A stretch of DNA of 64,000 nt from Balamuthia mandrillaris (Eukaryota). A program made the translations under genes and the position numbers. The notes beneath the pieces were generated by a model. The model saw only the letters and a program-made list of their open reading frames with translations, had not been told where the DNA came from and did not search any database. Below are positions 1 through 11,985 of this stretch, piece by piece (the stretch's first letter is position 1; each line of letters starts with the position of its first letter). The stretch lies in NCBI GenBank assembly GCA_031835245.2, contig JAVKOQ020000027.1, positions 62,001 through 126,000 on the forward strand. The letters run 5' to 3'.

Positions 1-2
1 TT

Positions 3-680
3 ACTTGCTTACGAAGAGAAGTGGAACACTATTACCACCACCAAGAACATGTAGAACAGCAAAAACAAAGCTATCGTCAACAAAAAGAGCAACTCAAAGC
101 TCAAACAGAAGGCATTCTTGTGTTGGACTACAAAGAAACTCTTCGCCTAGGACAGAGTCTGGATGAAGAAACACGAACCTTCTATAAACAGCCACAACGA
201 GCAGTCTTTGGTGCTGTTCTCTTGTACCGGGAGGCAGAGGGACAACCTTTGCGTATGCACTACTTTGATGTGGTGTCTGCTGTGCTGATGAATAACTCTT
301 GGATCACGGTGCGATGGCTAAGGGAGATCTTCGCATGTCCTGAATGGAAGCAGTTCAACTTCAAAACGATACATGTGTGGATGGACAATGGACCGAGCCA
401 CTTTCGTACAGGAGAGACCTTCTTTTATTTTCTTTCAATGATGTGTAAAGACGCTGGCATTGCTGATAAGCTCTCTATCAACTTTTATGCAGATAACCAC
501 GGCAAGAGTATCTGTGACTGTCACTTCTCCATGGTATCGAAGGCTGTTTCCAAGTGGACTAAACATCAAAACGAAGAGGGCATCAACAACGAACTGTGGA
601 CATCACAGGACCTCAAGGCTTGCCTTGACCAGAAGTTCTCCGAGTGGCAAGAGCAAACAAAACAAAAAAACAAACGATGA
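3..680 (+). mobile_element. DDD/E DNA transposase catalytic core (Sola-like); 5' end lies outside the window and the 3' part looks frameshifted
   Basis: The frame is open from the window edge. Motifs VLDYKE, VWMDNGPSHFR and NHGKSICDCHFS resemble the three acidic-residue blocks of Sola-type RNase H-fold transposases. Coding-like sequence continues in other frames after an A-rich run near 655-675. Confidence 0.7.
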
Positions 681-1121
681 AGAAAAAGCACAAAGCCAAA
701 GAAGGAGTGGAATTACTCTGTGTTGATTCGTGATGATACTCCTCTTACCACCAACTCCTCTCACTCTTCTTACAATCAAGCTCTTCCTAACGACTTGAAA
801 GTGTATCATCACTTCCTCATCTTCGCCAATCCATCCTATCAGCCTTCATCTTCACTTCCAGAAACAGTCCTTGCCGCTATTTGGTCCAGTCATACAACTC
901 TCACGCCTGTAAAACTCAAGTACAAGCACACCTCTCCACCTCTTCTCTCAAGCGCTCAATTTCTCCACCAACTTTGTGGACTGTTGGAAAAGGTTTGCTG
1001 GCCCGTGAAGCAAAGCGTCGAAGAATACTGCAAGGTTAGTAATGCTAAGTTTATTTATTTTAAAATATTAACAGTTGTCTTTTGTTAAATAGACACACAT
1101 AGCAAGGAAGAACAAAGATAC

Positions 1122-2041
1122 ATGAACCCAAATGCAAATGAAAACACAAACAAAAACGAATACAGAAACCAAAACGGAAACAAAAACGAAAACGGAAACA
1201 AAAATGAAAACAGAAATGAAAACGAAAACGGAAACAGAAACACAAACATAAATGAAAACGAAAACAAAAACGAAAATGGAAATGGAAAAAAAAACAGAAA
1301 CGAAAACAAAAACAAATACGAAAACGAAAACGGAAACAAAAACGAAAACGGAAACAAAAACGAAAACAGAAACGAAAACAAAAATGAAAACGAAAATGGA
1401 AACAAAAACAGAAATGGAAACAAAAACGGAAACAAAACCAGGAACAGCAATAGAAACTCAAACAAAAACGAAAAAGAAAAAGAAAAAGAAAAAGAACTGA
1501 ACAAGAAAAAACAAGAGAAAGAAACAAAAAAGAACAACAAAGAACAAAAAAAATCAAACAAAAACAAAAAAAGAATCCAACATCAACAAAAACAAAACCA
1601 CAAACCAAAAAAAAGAAAAAACCAAAAAAAAAGAAAAACCAAAAAGAAAAAACACAAAGAGAACAAGAGTGCTGGATGAGAGATAAAGAAATTGATGATT
1701 GGGTAGCATCAATAACGCAACTAAAAGAAGCAGAAGAAACAGAAGAAGAAAAAGAAGAAAGGCAAAGAGAGCAAGAGAGTCAGATGCGAAATCAAGAAAT
1801 TGACAATTGGGTAACACAACTTCCACAATCTACAGAAGACCTAATGGAACTAGAAGATCAACCAGAGCGGACAGACCAAGGATCAGTGCTAAACCCACTC
1901 ACAATACATCCAGATAATATCCTTTTCCCTTTCTTTGCTTTGTCTACACCATCCTATTCTTTTAGCTTTCCTAAAGATCCAAATTTTATTTTGCCTTCGC
2001 TTCAATCAATGGACCTTGAAACAGCGATGGACTGGCAATGA
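1122..2041 (+). other. Low-complexity Asn/Glu/Lys-rich ORF fragments, probably the degenerate C-terminal part of the transposon gene
   Basis: (GAAAAC/GGAAAC)n hexamer array encoding NENGNK repeats. A GT-AG intron-like pair (1035-1091) lies upstream. ORF 1676-2041 has an internal repeat MRxxEIDxWV. Confidence 0.4.
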
Positions 2042-2137
2042 ATCACCCCAAAAAGAGCATCCAAAACGGCCTTCTCTCTTGCTCTTATTCTCTCTGTCTT
2101 CTTGACCCTGTGATAGTGGAGAGAAGAAAGGGAATGG

Positions 2138-2309
2138 TGGTGATGAAGATGGGGATGGCAGTGGCAGTGGCAGTGGCGGTGGTGGTGGCGGCGATGGCGA
2201 TGGCGATGGCGGTGACGGCGGCGGCGGTGGCGGCAGTGGTGGTGGCGATGGCGATGGCGATGGCGCTGGCGATGGCGATGGCGATGGCGATGGCGATGGC
2301 GATGGCGAT

Positions 2310-2344
<35 letters not shown>

Positions 2345-2676
2345 TGGCGATGGCGATGGCGATGGCGGTGACGGTGGCAATACTGATGGCAATGGTGGTG
2401 GCGAAGGCGATGATGATGGTGATGATGATGGTGATGATGATGGCGATGATGTCCGTGAATGGTAGATAGTGGATAGTGATGGCAAAGGGTAGTAAGAATT
2501 GGGACAAAGCAAAGGGGATGACGGAAGTAGAGGGGAAGAAGGGAGAAGAGAGGAGAAACCGGACATGCTGTGGATGTTTCTCTTTTGGTTTGGTTCTGCT
2601 ACGCCTTGCTTGGGACATTGGTTGAGGTAAGTACCACAATTGAAGTCAAAGAATAGAAATAGCAAAGGCAGAAAAG

Positions 2677-2712
<36 letters not shown>

Positions 2713-3030
2713 GAGAGGAGGAGGAAGAGAGAATAAAAAAACAAAACAAAAAGGAAAAAGAGAAGAGAAAGAAAGAAGGAGAACAAAAGAGAAGAAAAGC
2801 AAAACCATCACCACCAAATTAGGAGGGAACATGCCATCACTATCCACTATCTACCATTCACGGACATCATCGCCATCATCATCGCCATCATCATCGCCAT
2901 CATCATCGCCATCATCATCACCACTGCTATTGTCACCGCCACCATCGCCGCCACCATCACCGCCACCGTCACCGTCACCGTCACCGCCACCGCCACCGCC
3001 ACCGCCACCGCCATCGCCATCGCCATTGCC
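2138..3030. repeat. Inverted (fold-back) repeat of (GGCGAT)n/(GAT)n arms with a unique core
   Basis: 2433-2484 is the exact reverse complement of 2832-2883. Flanking microsatellite arms extend the pairing and the spacer is about 350 bp. Confidence 0.9.
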
Positions 3031-3183
3031 ACAAAAGGAACGTCATCACTTTATTCTTCTTTACTACAACTGCTCTCTATTAACCAAGACTTTCTGTTTC
3101 TCTCTTTTTCTCTTTTTCTTTTTTATCTTTCTCTCTTTGTTTTTTTTTTTGTTTGTCTTTTAGTATGAACCCAAGCAAATAAG

Positions 3184-3216
3184 GGTGTGTTTCAAATTTG
3201 AAACACACCGTCAGTG
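3184..3216. repeat. 26-bp perfect palindrome followed by CAGTG; candidate right terminus of the transposon
   Basis: GGTGTGTTTCAAATTTGAAACACACC at 3184-3209 is self-complementary, followed by GTCAGTG|TA. The palindrome is certain but the terminus role is inferred. Confidence 0.55.
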
Positions 3217-4166
3217 TAAGTAAAACCACAGGTTGATATTGTTCTTTTATAAAACATTACAGCTTGTAAGACAGAAGATTTCAGAGCTCAAGCCGTTCAA
3301 TTGGAAGAAAGCCTTCACTTAACTTCAAGGTAGGTTACCATGAGTTTTTTTACAAGGTCTGTTTGCTGAACTTAAGCTGACAACAACAGCTTAGGCAGAA
3401 TCTATTTGAAGTGTGAAGAGCTATTGCATAGCAGAGGAGCTTTGCTCAACAGCGAAAAAGACTGCTCAGTGCTACCCTGAGCGAGAAGTGAGAAAGCAAA
3501 AACGAATGGGCACCCAAAAGAATGAAGGGGCAAAACCGGGAAAGGAAAAAAAGGACAGAGCAAAAAAGGGAAAAATGGACAGGAATAAGGTCATGTCGTC
3601 CTGTAAAACACATTTAGGGGGATTCAATTTATTGGAGGGGTCATGCTGCATTTTTGATTGAAGGGACGAATTTTTCCCAATATCATTGCTTTTCAGTCAA
3701 TGAAAGTATGTTCTTAAAAATTCATATTATCCTGATAAATACTTTGCAAGTCACATTCAGAGGACGCTAGAAGAGAAATTTGTGCAAGACGGAGGAAGCA
3801 CACGATCATGTTCACAATTGTTCACCCAAGCAAAGAGTCAGCTAGTGTTGACTGTTGAGTGCATCTCATCCGCTTCTGAGTCCTCCTCTGTTTGCGCCAT
3901 CATTGCCGCCTGTGCCTTGCGAGGTTGGAGGTCTCCCTCCTTGTCAAGTGGGCGCTCTCTCCCTCCTCTCTGGTCAACGCTTCGGCTTCTCCTCTCTGTC
4001 TCGGAAAACGCCAAAACTCTCCACGCGAGCACACAAACACGTCTACGTACGAAGGTCCCGCCCCTTCCCGCTCCTCTCTGCCCTCTCCGTTCACATTCCC
4101 CTCGATCAATACCTCCTGCTTTGCTTTCTCTATTATTCAACGCTTAGGCACCAGCCAATTGGATCG

Positions 4167-5906
4167 ATGTTGCGTCTCACCTCCTTCTCCCTCTCCATCT
4201 CCTCTGCTCCACTCCTCGACTCTGTCGACGCTGTTCTCGTCCAAGGGGAAATCGTCGGTCTCGTTGGGCAGAATGGCAGTGGGAAGTCGACCCTCTTGAA
4301 GGTTCTCGCTGCAGCCGATGATGGCAGTGGGGCTGACGAGTCTCCTCACGAACAACAATATTGGTTGGTGTCCTCAGGCCGCATCGAGGGCTCTCTTTCC
4401 CCCAAGGAGCGTCCTCCCGGCTCAGTTCTCCTCGTCAATCAGGACACACTCTCCTGGAAGTCGCTCTTTCCCTGCCTCGACCTGGACGAGGAGGAGATCT
4501 GCGCGATGGTGCTCCAGGACGTTCTCGACCTCGCCATCGCCGAGGGAGATTGGAATCAAGTGGAGGAGGAGAAAACGTGGCAACGATTGAAGGCCGCAGC
4601 AGACGATGCGCTCCATTGGAGTCTCTCCCACTACGACGAAACGCCCATCAGTCGTCTCTCCCCTGGCTCTGCCGTCCGTGCCTACCTCGCCATCGCATTG
4701 CATCGTCCAGAGGTGGAACTGTTACTCCTCGACGAGCCAACGAATCACCTCGACCTCCCGAGCATTCTCTGGTTTGAACGATCGCTCCTTGCGAGCCACA
4801 AGACTGCCATCATTGTCTCTCACGACGAAGCCTTCCTCGATGCTGTTGCTCAGCGTGTGTGGGAGATTGACCGATACTCTCACACTCTCACTGTCACAAC
4901 CTCAACTTACTCGGCATTCAAGCACGCCAAGCTGAGGGCCAAGGAACAACAAAAACACGACTACGAGGAGCAGCAGAAGCGGCACCAGCGCCTTTCTTTA
5001 GCGGCGGAGAAGCTGAAGTTGGCGAGCAAAGCAGGAGAGAAGTTCGTCTCCTCAGACCACGACCTTCTCCAGAGGGATTTCTTCCGCGAAAGGGCCGGAC
5101 GGTCTGGGTCGAAAGCTGCTGCGTTGGAGAAGGCAATAGAGAAGGAGGAGAAGATTGAGAAGGTGCAGGAGCACGTCCCCCTGCAGTTGAAGTTTGACCC
5201 TTTGGCTGCGGGGATGGACAGCTCCATCCAAGCCGCATCGCTGCAACTCGGTTTCCCCAAGAAGGGCGATGGGGACTTTGTCCATCTCCCACTCCCGCCT
5301 ATCTCTCTCCGATTCGACTTTGGAGAACGTGTAGCCATTATCGGTTATAATGGCATCGGCAAGAGCACCCTCCTTCGCACCCTCACGGGAGACCTCCAAC
5401 CTGTCTCTGGTTCTGTTGCGGTTGGCCGTGCTCTTCTCATTGGCAATCTCATGCAAGAGCACCAATCATTGCCAAGGGACAAGACACCTCGCCAATATCT
5501 TGCAGCCCTCACAGGCCTCCAGCCTTTCACCGCTGGCAGTCGCGTCATTCGCTACGGGCTCACTCTCCACCAAGTCGATTCTCCAATCTCAGAACTCAAC
5601 CCTGGAGCCCGCGCCCGTCTTCTCCTCGCCACTTTTGCTTGGCGAAAGGTCAATGCGCTCATTTTAGACGAGCCTACGAATCATCTCGATGAGGAAGCTG
5701 TGCACGAGGTTGTGGCCTCTCTCAACTCCTTTGCAGGGACAATTGTTGCTGTCTCTCACGACCGCCACTTCCTCGATTCACTTCGCCTCACACGGACTCT
5801 CTCCCTCTCTTCGTCTGGGTTGGAGGAGATTGACTCCGTTGCACATTTTGTCAATGACACAATGGAAGCTGTGGATAAGGTTGTCTCTATAAGCTTTGCT
5901 CATTGA
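4167..5906 (+). CDS. ABC-F family ATPase, intronless
   Basis: Two nucleotide-binding domains (GQNGSGKST/LSPG/LLLDEPTNHLD and GYNGIGKST/LNPG/LILDEPTNHLD) joined by a helical linker, with no TM segments. First ATG at 4167. Confidence 0.92.
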   Translation: MLRLTSFSLSISSAPLLDSVDAVLVQGEIVGLVGQNGSGKSTLLKVLAAADDGSGADESPHEQQYWLVSSGRIEGSLSPKERPPGSVLLVNQDTLSWKSLFPCLDLDEEEICAMVLQDVLDLAIAEGDWNQVEEEKTWQRLKAAADDALHWSLSHYDETPISRLSPGSAVRAYLAIALHRPEVELLLLDEPTNHLDLPSILWFERSLLASHKTAIIVSHDEAFLDAVAQRVWEIDRYSHTLTVTTSTYSAFKHAKLRAKEQQKHDYEEQQKRHQRLSLAAEKLKLASKAGEKFVSSDHDLLQRDFFRERAGRSGSKAAALEKAIEKEEKIEKVQEHVPLQLKFDPLAAGMDSSIQAASLQLGFPKKGDGDFVHLPLPPISLRFDFGERVAIIGYNGIGKSTLLRTLTGDLQPVSGSVAVGRALLIGNLMQEHQSLPRDKTPRQYLAALTGLQPFTAGSRVIRYGLTLHQVDSPISELNPGARARLLLATFAWRKVNALILDEPTNHLDEEAVHEVVASLNSFAGTIVAVSHDRHFLDSLRLTRTLSLSSSGLEEIDSVAHFVNDTMEAVDKVVSISFAH

Positions 5907-6169
5907 AGCTGAAAAACAATTCATTGATCTATCTATCTCTTTGCTGAGCAGACGTCGAGATATGACAAACCCCCCACTCCCCCGTCTCCCTTGGTGTCAA
6001 TTTTTTTCCATCATCAAAAAATGTAGTCACCGAGTGGGGCAAAGCGGACATCAACGAGATAGGCAAGCTGTGATCGCTTTTTTACTCTACATGCACTTAC
6101 CACCTCCTCCTATTCCACCTCCGGCTGATTATCTTTTTTCCCTTTCACTTTCCTTTTGCTTTAGAAACA

Positions 6170-7738
6170 TTACATAGCAAGAACATAGCTGCTCATCAAA
6201 GGCACTTTCATCATGTGTTTAGGGTTGTGGTCTTCAATAAAGGCGGCCACCTGGTCATGAAACCAAGCCACTGATGGGTCAGGTAGTCCTATTTGTGCCA
6301 TATATATAAGCATCTGCAACCAGCGCTCAATTCCACCTCGCTTGTATCGTTCCCAGCACTCCTCCAAAGGGAAGGTGTGCTCACAAATTCCCTTCTCCAC
6401 TAGGCGGCGGTGGTATCCTTTAAAGATTCGGTGCTCATGCTTGCGTCGTAGCTTGATTGTGGCGTTGCTAATCATAAACTGGGCAATATCAGTAAAAGGG
6501 CAGAAAATGCCCACTTCCGACCAATCCACCATGTACACATTCTCATTGCTACCTCTGGGCTGTTTCTCATCAGGCACCCAAAGGATATTAGCTGCATGAA
6601 AGTCGCCATGACAAAGCGTGAATGGTGTGTTGGCGGATGTGACATCAAAGCTCTGTCGAAATGATTCCCAGCTCGTAGCAGCCAGTGAGTCCTCTATCGA
6701 TCGTATGACCGTTTCACTCCACTTCACACTCGTTTTCTTCTGTTGTATGGATTCGAGGAGAGTTCTCCATTTGCGCCTCATGCCTTCCACTGCGAGCTCC
6801 CACCTGGCACGGTCACGCCCCTTGAGCCAATCTGCTGCCTTAAGCCAAGAGTGTTCAAGAAGCTTTTCATCACGCCAGAAGGCCGCATGAACATCCGCCA
6901 TTGCGACGAAAACCTCCTCCAGCATTTGAACGCCCACTTCCTCCGTTTGCAGTAGCTTAGGGAAGTTCTTCACCGGACCCCAACATTGATTGCCAAGCAC
7001 ATGACTTCCCAGGCAAGCCTCTCGATGGGAGAGATCCTCCATCACTAGCACGTAGTCGCCAGTGAAGTAAGAGCCCTCAGCGTGGTAGATGCGAGGAACC
7101 ACTGAACGAACCGCAGCACATTCTGAGACAGAGCCGAGAGCCCGTGGTGCTTGGTAAGAGGCGAATCCATGATAGAAGTGGGCCTCGCGCGCGCTGCCCA
7201 GAAGGATGGACGAGAGACGCTTTGTGAAATCAGGAGCAAGCGTCTTCACCACGAACGAGTGAGGGCGTAGAGTTGGACTTTCGGGAACATTATCAGAAGA
7301 TGTGCTGCCGTCATCAGCCCATGTGAGGTGCAGCCTGAACATGGAGCCATTCAGACCGCCTCCGAGACCCTTGCCGGACACCTCCACGCATTTAAGTTCG
7401 CTTCGTGCCTCCTCGTAGGGAAGAAAACTTTGTGTCCACTTGAGCAGCTCCGATGCCGACGGCATGGGCGTGAAGGTCGAACCAGAACCCGTCGTAGCTA
7501 GCGCGCTCGAGATACGACACGGCACTGTGCCAGCCGCCCACCGGCAGCCCACATGCGCTCTGAGCCAGCACCACCTGTAGAGGAGGACATAGTGCCACGC
7601 TGCTACCGTAGCAGAGAGTCGGCGACGGCAGAACAGGATGCGCCATGCCAATAGCGCCAAAGGGACAGCAAGAAGGGCTGGAACCAACAACGACAACAAC
7701 AAGGAGAAGGGGAAGGAGGACCAGGTGGCGGCCAGCAT
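6170..7738 (-). CDS. APH/choline kinase/ecdysteroid-kinase-like phosphotransferase with N-terminal hydrophobic anchor, intronless
   Basis: Brenner motif LCHGDFHAANIL, VDWSEVG, FVVK, REAHFY and LVMEDL are present, with a hydrophobic N-terminus. Confidence 0.85.
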   Translation of the reverse strand: MLAATWSSFPFSLLLSLLVPALLAVPLALLAWRILFCRRRLSATVAAWHYVLLYRWCWLRAHVGCRWAAGTVPCRISSALATTGSGSTFTPMPSASELLKWTQSFLPYEEARSELKCVEVSGKGLGGGLNGSMFRLHLTWADDGSTSSDNVPESPTLRPHSFVVKTLAPDFTKRLSSILLGSAREAHFYHGFASYQAPRALGSVSECAAVRSVVPRIYHAEGSYFTGDYVLVMEDLSHREACLGSHVLGNQCWGPVKNFPKLLQTEEVGVQMLEEVFVAMADVHAAFWRDEKLLEHSWLKAADWLKGRDRARWELAVEGMRRKWRTLLESIQQKKTSVKWSETVIRSIEDSLAATSWESFRQSFDVTSANTPFTLCHGDFHAANILWVPDEKQPRGSNENVYMVDWSEVGIFCPFTDIAQFMISNATIKLRRKHEHRIFKGYHRRLVEKGICEHTFPLEECWERYKRGGIERWLQMLIYMAQIGLPDPSVAWFHDQVAAFIEDHNPKHMMKVPLMSSYVLAM

Positions 7739-8060
7739 GGAGGCGGACCACTTGTTGTTGTTTTGGGCGGACCACTTGTTGTTGTTTGGGGCGGAAGAAG
7801 ATGCCCGTGACGGCACGAACAGGACAAAACCTACTACTCCTCAAGCACATCTCCAGGGATTTAATGAGCCCCTCCCTCCTCTCCCCCGCCCCCCCGCAAG
7901 GCGCAACCAACCACAACACAAAGAGAAAGAGACACACAACTGCCGAGTTTAGCAGCAGGGCGGTTCTAGCCTACCACACCTAGCCTCGCACCCCCCGTTT
8001 CAGCTCTTGCCTTCCATTTCAGCCTTATTTGCTCCAACCATCCTGGAACCAAGCCTGCGG

Positions 8061-8243
8061 ATGGAGCCACCTGCAACGGAGGAAGCAGCGACGGAGAACG
8101 TGGAGATTATTGAAGAAAACAAAGTTACGAGTCCCAACCCGCTGTATGGATCCCGTGAGCTCTTGAAGAGGATGGGCAAAGGAAAGCAAACGCAAAAAGA
8201 TCCAGAACCAGACAAGAAACCAGACGAGACGCAACCCTCCTGA
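8061..8243 (+). CDS. Possible 60-aa microprotein
   Basis: An ATG-initiated charged ORF (MEPPATEEAA...NPLYGSRELLKRMGKGK...) fills the gap between two genes. No recognisable family. Confidence 0.3.
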   Translation: MEPPATEEAATENVEIIEENKVTSPNPLYGSRELLKRMGKGKQTQKDPEPDKKPDETQPS

Positions 8244-8383
8244 AAACCTTTTCCTTGACCAACTTTTTGCGGTGTGGGGGTAATCTTTGGAATTTATTGT
8301 GATTTTTTGTTACTTTCATTTATTGGTTGGGGTCGGGTTCACACCTTTGGCCCCTTGTAATCTAAATCTCATTTTTGTCCCAA

Positions 8384-11300
8384 CTTAATGACTTGCCTCT
8401 AGCTCTTCCATGATTGCATCTAATTCCTCCAATAACTTTTGCCATTCCTACACAGTAAGTTGCCAGTTAGTTGGTGGAAATGACTCCTGTCAAGAGGTGT
8501 GGGAGTGATGGAGAAGCAGAGAAGGGAACAGAAGAAGAAGAAGAAAAAGAAGAAGGAAGATAGAGAAACAAGGGAAAAGTACCGCAGGATGTGTTGTTTG
8601 CTTCCACTGATGCCAATGCGCACTAAGCTGGGCATGAAGTGAAGCTAAATGCTTTTGGACGTTGATATTAGGCCTATCGAATACTCCCTCAGATGCATTT
8701 GGGACCTGAATGAGGGCGGCAGCGAGGAACAGACACAGCATACAAGGTATGTTTAGAAGCAAAAGAGATACGCGTATTAGTAGGGAAGAGAAAAGAAGAG
8801 GCGCACCGCCACAGATTCAAGGTATTGCTTCATTCCTGCCATCTGGGCCTCGATCAAAGTGTTAAGTGGTGTCATGTAGGCTTCCTTTTGTCCAAAAGTA
8901 ACTGCTCAGCCGTCACAAAATTAAGCATGGAGGTAATGATATTGATATGTGATGTAGGCGGCATAAGCAAAGAATTGTGTATGAGACCAAGCGAGGGAGG
9001 CAATAGGAGTACCCAGATTAGCCAAATTCTGAATAGTCTTTGCAATGAGAGTGAGAGTACGAGCAGCTTCCATTGTGGGATGGGCTTTGATCAACGAATT
9101 GAGAAAACAAAAAGAGAGAAGCGGTATACGATGAGAAATGATTGCAAACGCTATGCACTTAAGCTATAACAAAAATCTAAAGCACAAAGCACGACATTGA
9201 AATTACCTTGGAGAAGTCCAAAGAGCTTTGGGCCAAGAATGGCTGGATTGAAGAAACGCAAAAAGATAAAGCCAGAAATTGCAGTGTATCTACAGGTCTC
9301 ATCTGAAGGCCATTTTGAGGCAACTTTCGTTGCTATATTGTGAAAAACCTGCTTAAATAACCTGCAAGAATGATGGTCAACACGACAATGTTCCTATAAG
9401 CAAAGTCACTGAAAAAAGCAAGCAAAAAATATACTGCGGGCAGTCGTTATGGGAATTGAAGATGTGGTGGCAAATCTCCTCCGTCTTTTGTGTAAGGGCA
9501 ATCATGTTCTTTTCGGGATTGTCATCTTTATCCATTCTAGAAGGGTCAATCTGAAAAGAGCCACCAAAATAATAAATGGCTCGTTAGTAGGGGGGAGAAT
9601 AGGCAGAAAAAGGGAGAAAGCATTTCTCATCATACCTCACAAGAACGCTTTTCTGTTGCGATCTGCACAATAAGATCTTTCAAAACGCTGTGTAAATAGG
9701 GTAAACCGATAAGCTTCATAAGGCAATCAACGGTTTTTGTAGCAAGCGAATTTCCTCGGAATATTACACCAGCAGAGGCTGGAAGATAGAGAGGTTAAAC
9801 CATCATTAACAATACCACAGGGGATATGTACGCGTGGAGTCTATTTCGAGGTCGCAGAGGACATTAGTAAGTGAGGCCAGCTTTCCTTCCGCCCAAAAGA
9901 TAGAGACGAGATGATTGGCCAACACAGCGTGCTCCATGTTCTGTTTGTATAACCAGCAAACAAACTGGTGGGAATCGTCCAGTAGGAGCTAGTTGAGAAG
10001 AAAACGCATTAGAGCGTTGCGCTTGAAAATAAACAAAGGGAGTGGTACTGACATTGAGAAGTCTTTTATAAGCCTCTAGCGGTAAAAGTCGCTCTTGCTG
10101 AGATAGAGTTAGAAAGGTGCCGGCGCACTATCACTCAGATTCAAGTTACTTACGGTAAATTGGACTTTGAGTCTAATGTCCCCAAGACCCTCTGCACCTC
10201 CTCTACTTCTGGTATTGCAAACAGCTTTCTTTATATTAACCAGCTTGGAACTCTTTCTTTGCAGAGCGCGCTTAGGTCCTTTAGTTGGACCTTTTTTTTC
10301 TTTTATTGTTTTGTTTCTTGTGAGTAAGTAACTCAATTTAACCAAGACAACTCCATACCACGAGCAGATAGCAGGCACCAACGATCCTCGGATTGTTTGT
10401 GTGGTAGGTCATCCAAAGAAATACATATTTGGCCCATAAAATCACTTGAGGACACTCGGTCCCAATCCTTCCCGTGTGGCAGAGAGAGAGAGAGAGAGAG
10501 AGAGAGCCAGAGATCGGATGTATAAATGCCAAACAATCATAGCAAGCAAATAGAAAACAGAGGAAGAGGAAGAGGAAGAGAAAGAGGAAGAGGAAGAGGA
10601 AGAGGAGGGAAATACCCAAACTGAAGCCCGCAAATGTGTAGCCTCGCCTAAGTCATATTCTTTGAATGAAATAGCGCTGTGGATGAGCACACGAACGGGT
10701 AAGTGAGAAGCCAAATAGTGGCACACCTCGAAACAAAATAAAACAACATAAAAAACAATAAATATGTAAAATAAGTAAAAAATGCAACGCACAAAACAAA
10801 ACTTTCATTCCACACGGGATTAAGGCTCTTCTTCACTATCGTGATGTAAGAACGAATGACAGGGAAATGTTAGAATGGTTCGACGAACAGCCATCACTCC
10901 ATTCCACCTCACCGCACCGCAACTCAATCCACCCAAACCACAGGTTTACCTGTTTTGGTCTTCTTGCGTTGTTTGCCCACCTTCAATTTGACAAAAGGAT
11001 CGCTGAAGCCATTGGCATCTTTAGCTGCTAAGTTACGCGCTTCAAGCACTGTGCGATCAAAACTCGTTATAAACTTCTAAGCAAGATCAAATCTGCACAG
11101 GTTACGCACCGGAAACAGTTAATGTCCCGTCCTGAGTAGGAGAAGGCGGGTGCCATTGGAGAGCCAAACGCACCGACCCAGCCACGAACTCATCGCCACT
11201 CATTGGCATTATTGGATAGAACCGTTCATGCACCTGGTTGTCAGCCAGGAGGGTCATTGGTAGCTTCACAGCCCCAATTATATCGTCTTTAGAGATCTTG

Positions 11301-11929
11301 TCTTCGTCCCAAATGGTGAATGTCAATTCTTGCAGCTCTTTTGCCTCTTCCGGGGTGAGCTCTATGTTGTATTCCTCTCCCCAAAAGGGGTTCAAACTCT
11401 TTGTGGGAGGTTAAGACCCCGCGGCCAGCAACGGAACGGTTTTTGTACCACAAGTCAGCAAGAGTTGCACCGTCACAACTAACCCATCCACCCACCCACC
11501 CACCCCCAACTGCTGACCAGCGGTAGCAGAGGTTCTCTTCTGAAAAGGAGTTACCGACCTTCCATACAGTTCTGGTTCTGATGGCATGCTCCAGGGCTTG
11601 CACAATGACAAACGGGTCGCTTTTCCCTACAAGAGAGCATGCCCAAGAGTTACAAGTGCTAAGGCGAAGGGAGAGCAATGGGGTGACCGAGAACATGCAG
11701 GCGAGGGCAACCCTGCTACGTACCTGTTACGTCCATGACAGGAAGGTTTCTGGCCTCCGCCACTGCAACCAACGAATTTAGCGTGAACGAATGCCAAGTT
11801 GGTCGCGGAGGGTTGGTTAGGCGCTGCTGACAAATGCCAAGAAGGAGAACCTACTGGTGCTTTCTACTTACCCACTACCCAAAGGTTGCATAGCGTGCTA
11901 ACTTGAGAGGAGGCAGAGGAGGATAACAT
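8384..11929 (-). CDS. C2-C2-RasGAP protein (GAP1/RASA-like), multi-exon
   Basis: C2 motifs AEARNLPVMD..GKSDPFV, LNPFWGEEY and EARNLAAKDANGFSDPFV. RasGAP motifs IFRGNSLATK, FIFLRFFNPAILGPKLF and RTLTLIAKTIQNLAN. The start codon is tentative. Confidence 0.85.
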
Positions 11930-11985
11930 TTCCTTGGTGGGGGTACTGTTTTATTATAAACGTTTCTTCTCAGAGGTGGTGGTGC

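Noticed and set aside
1060..3163. Many overlapping low-complexity ORFs (poly-FC, poly-MA, poly-PS)
   Set aside because: These are alternative-frame translations of microsatellites, not independent genes.
7743..7793. Two 24-bp tandem units (GCGGACCACTTGTTGTTGTTT..)
   Set aside because: A simple tandem duplication without spacers, so not a CRISPR array.
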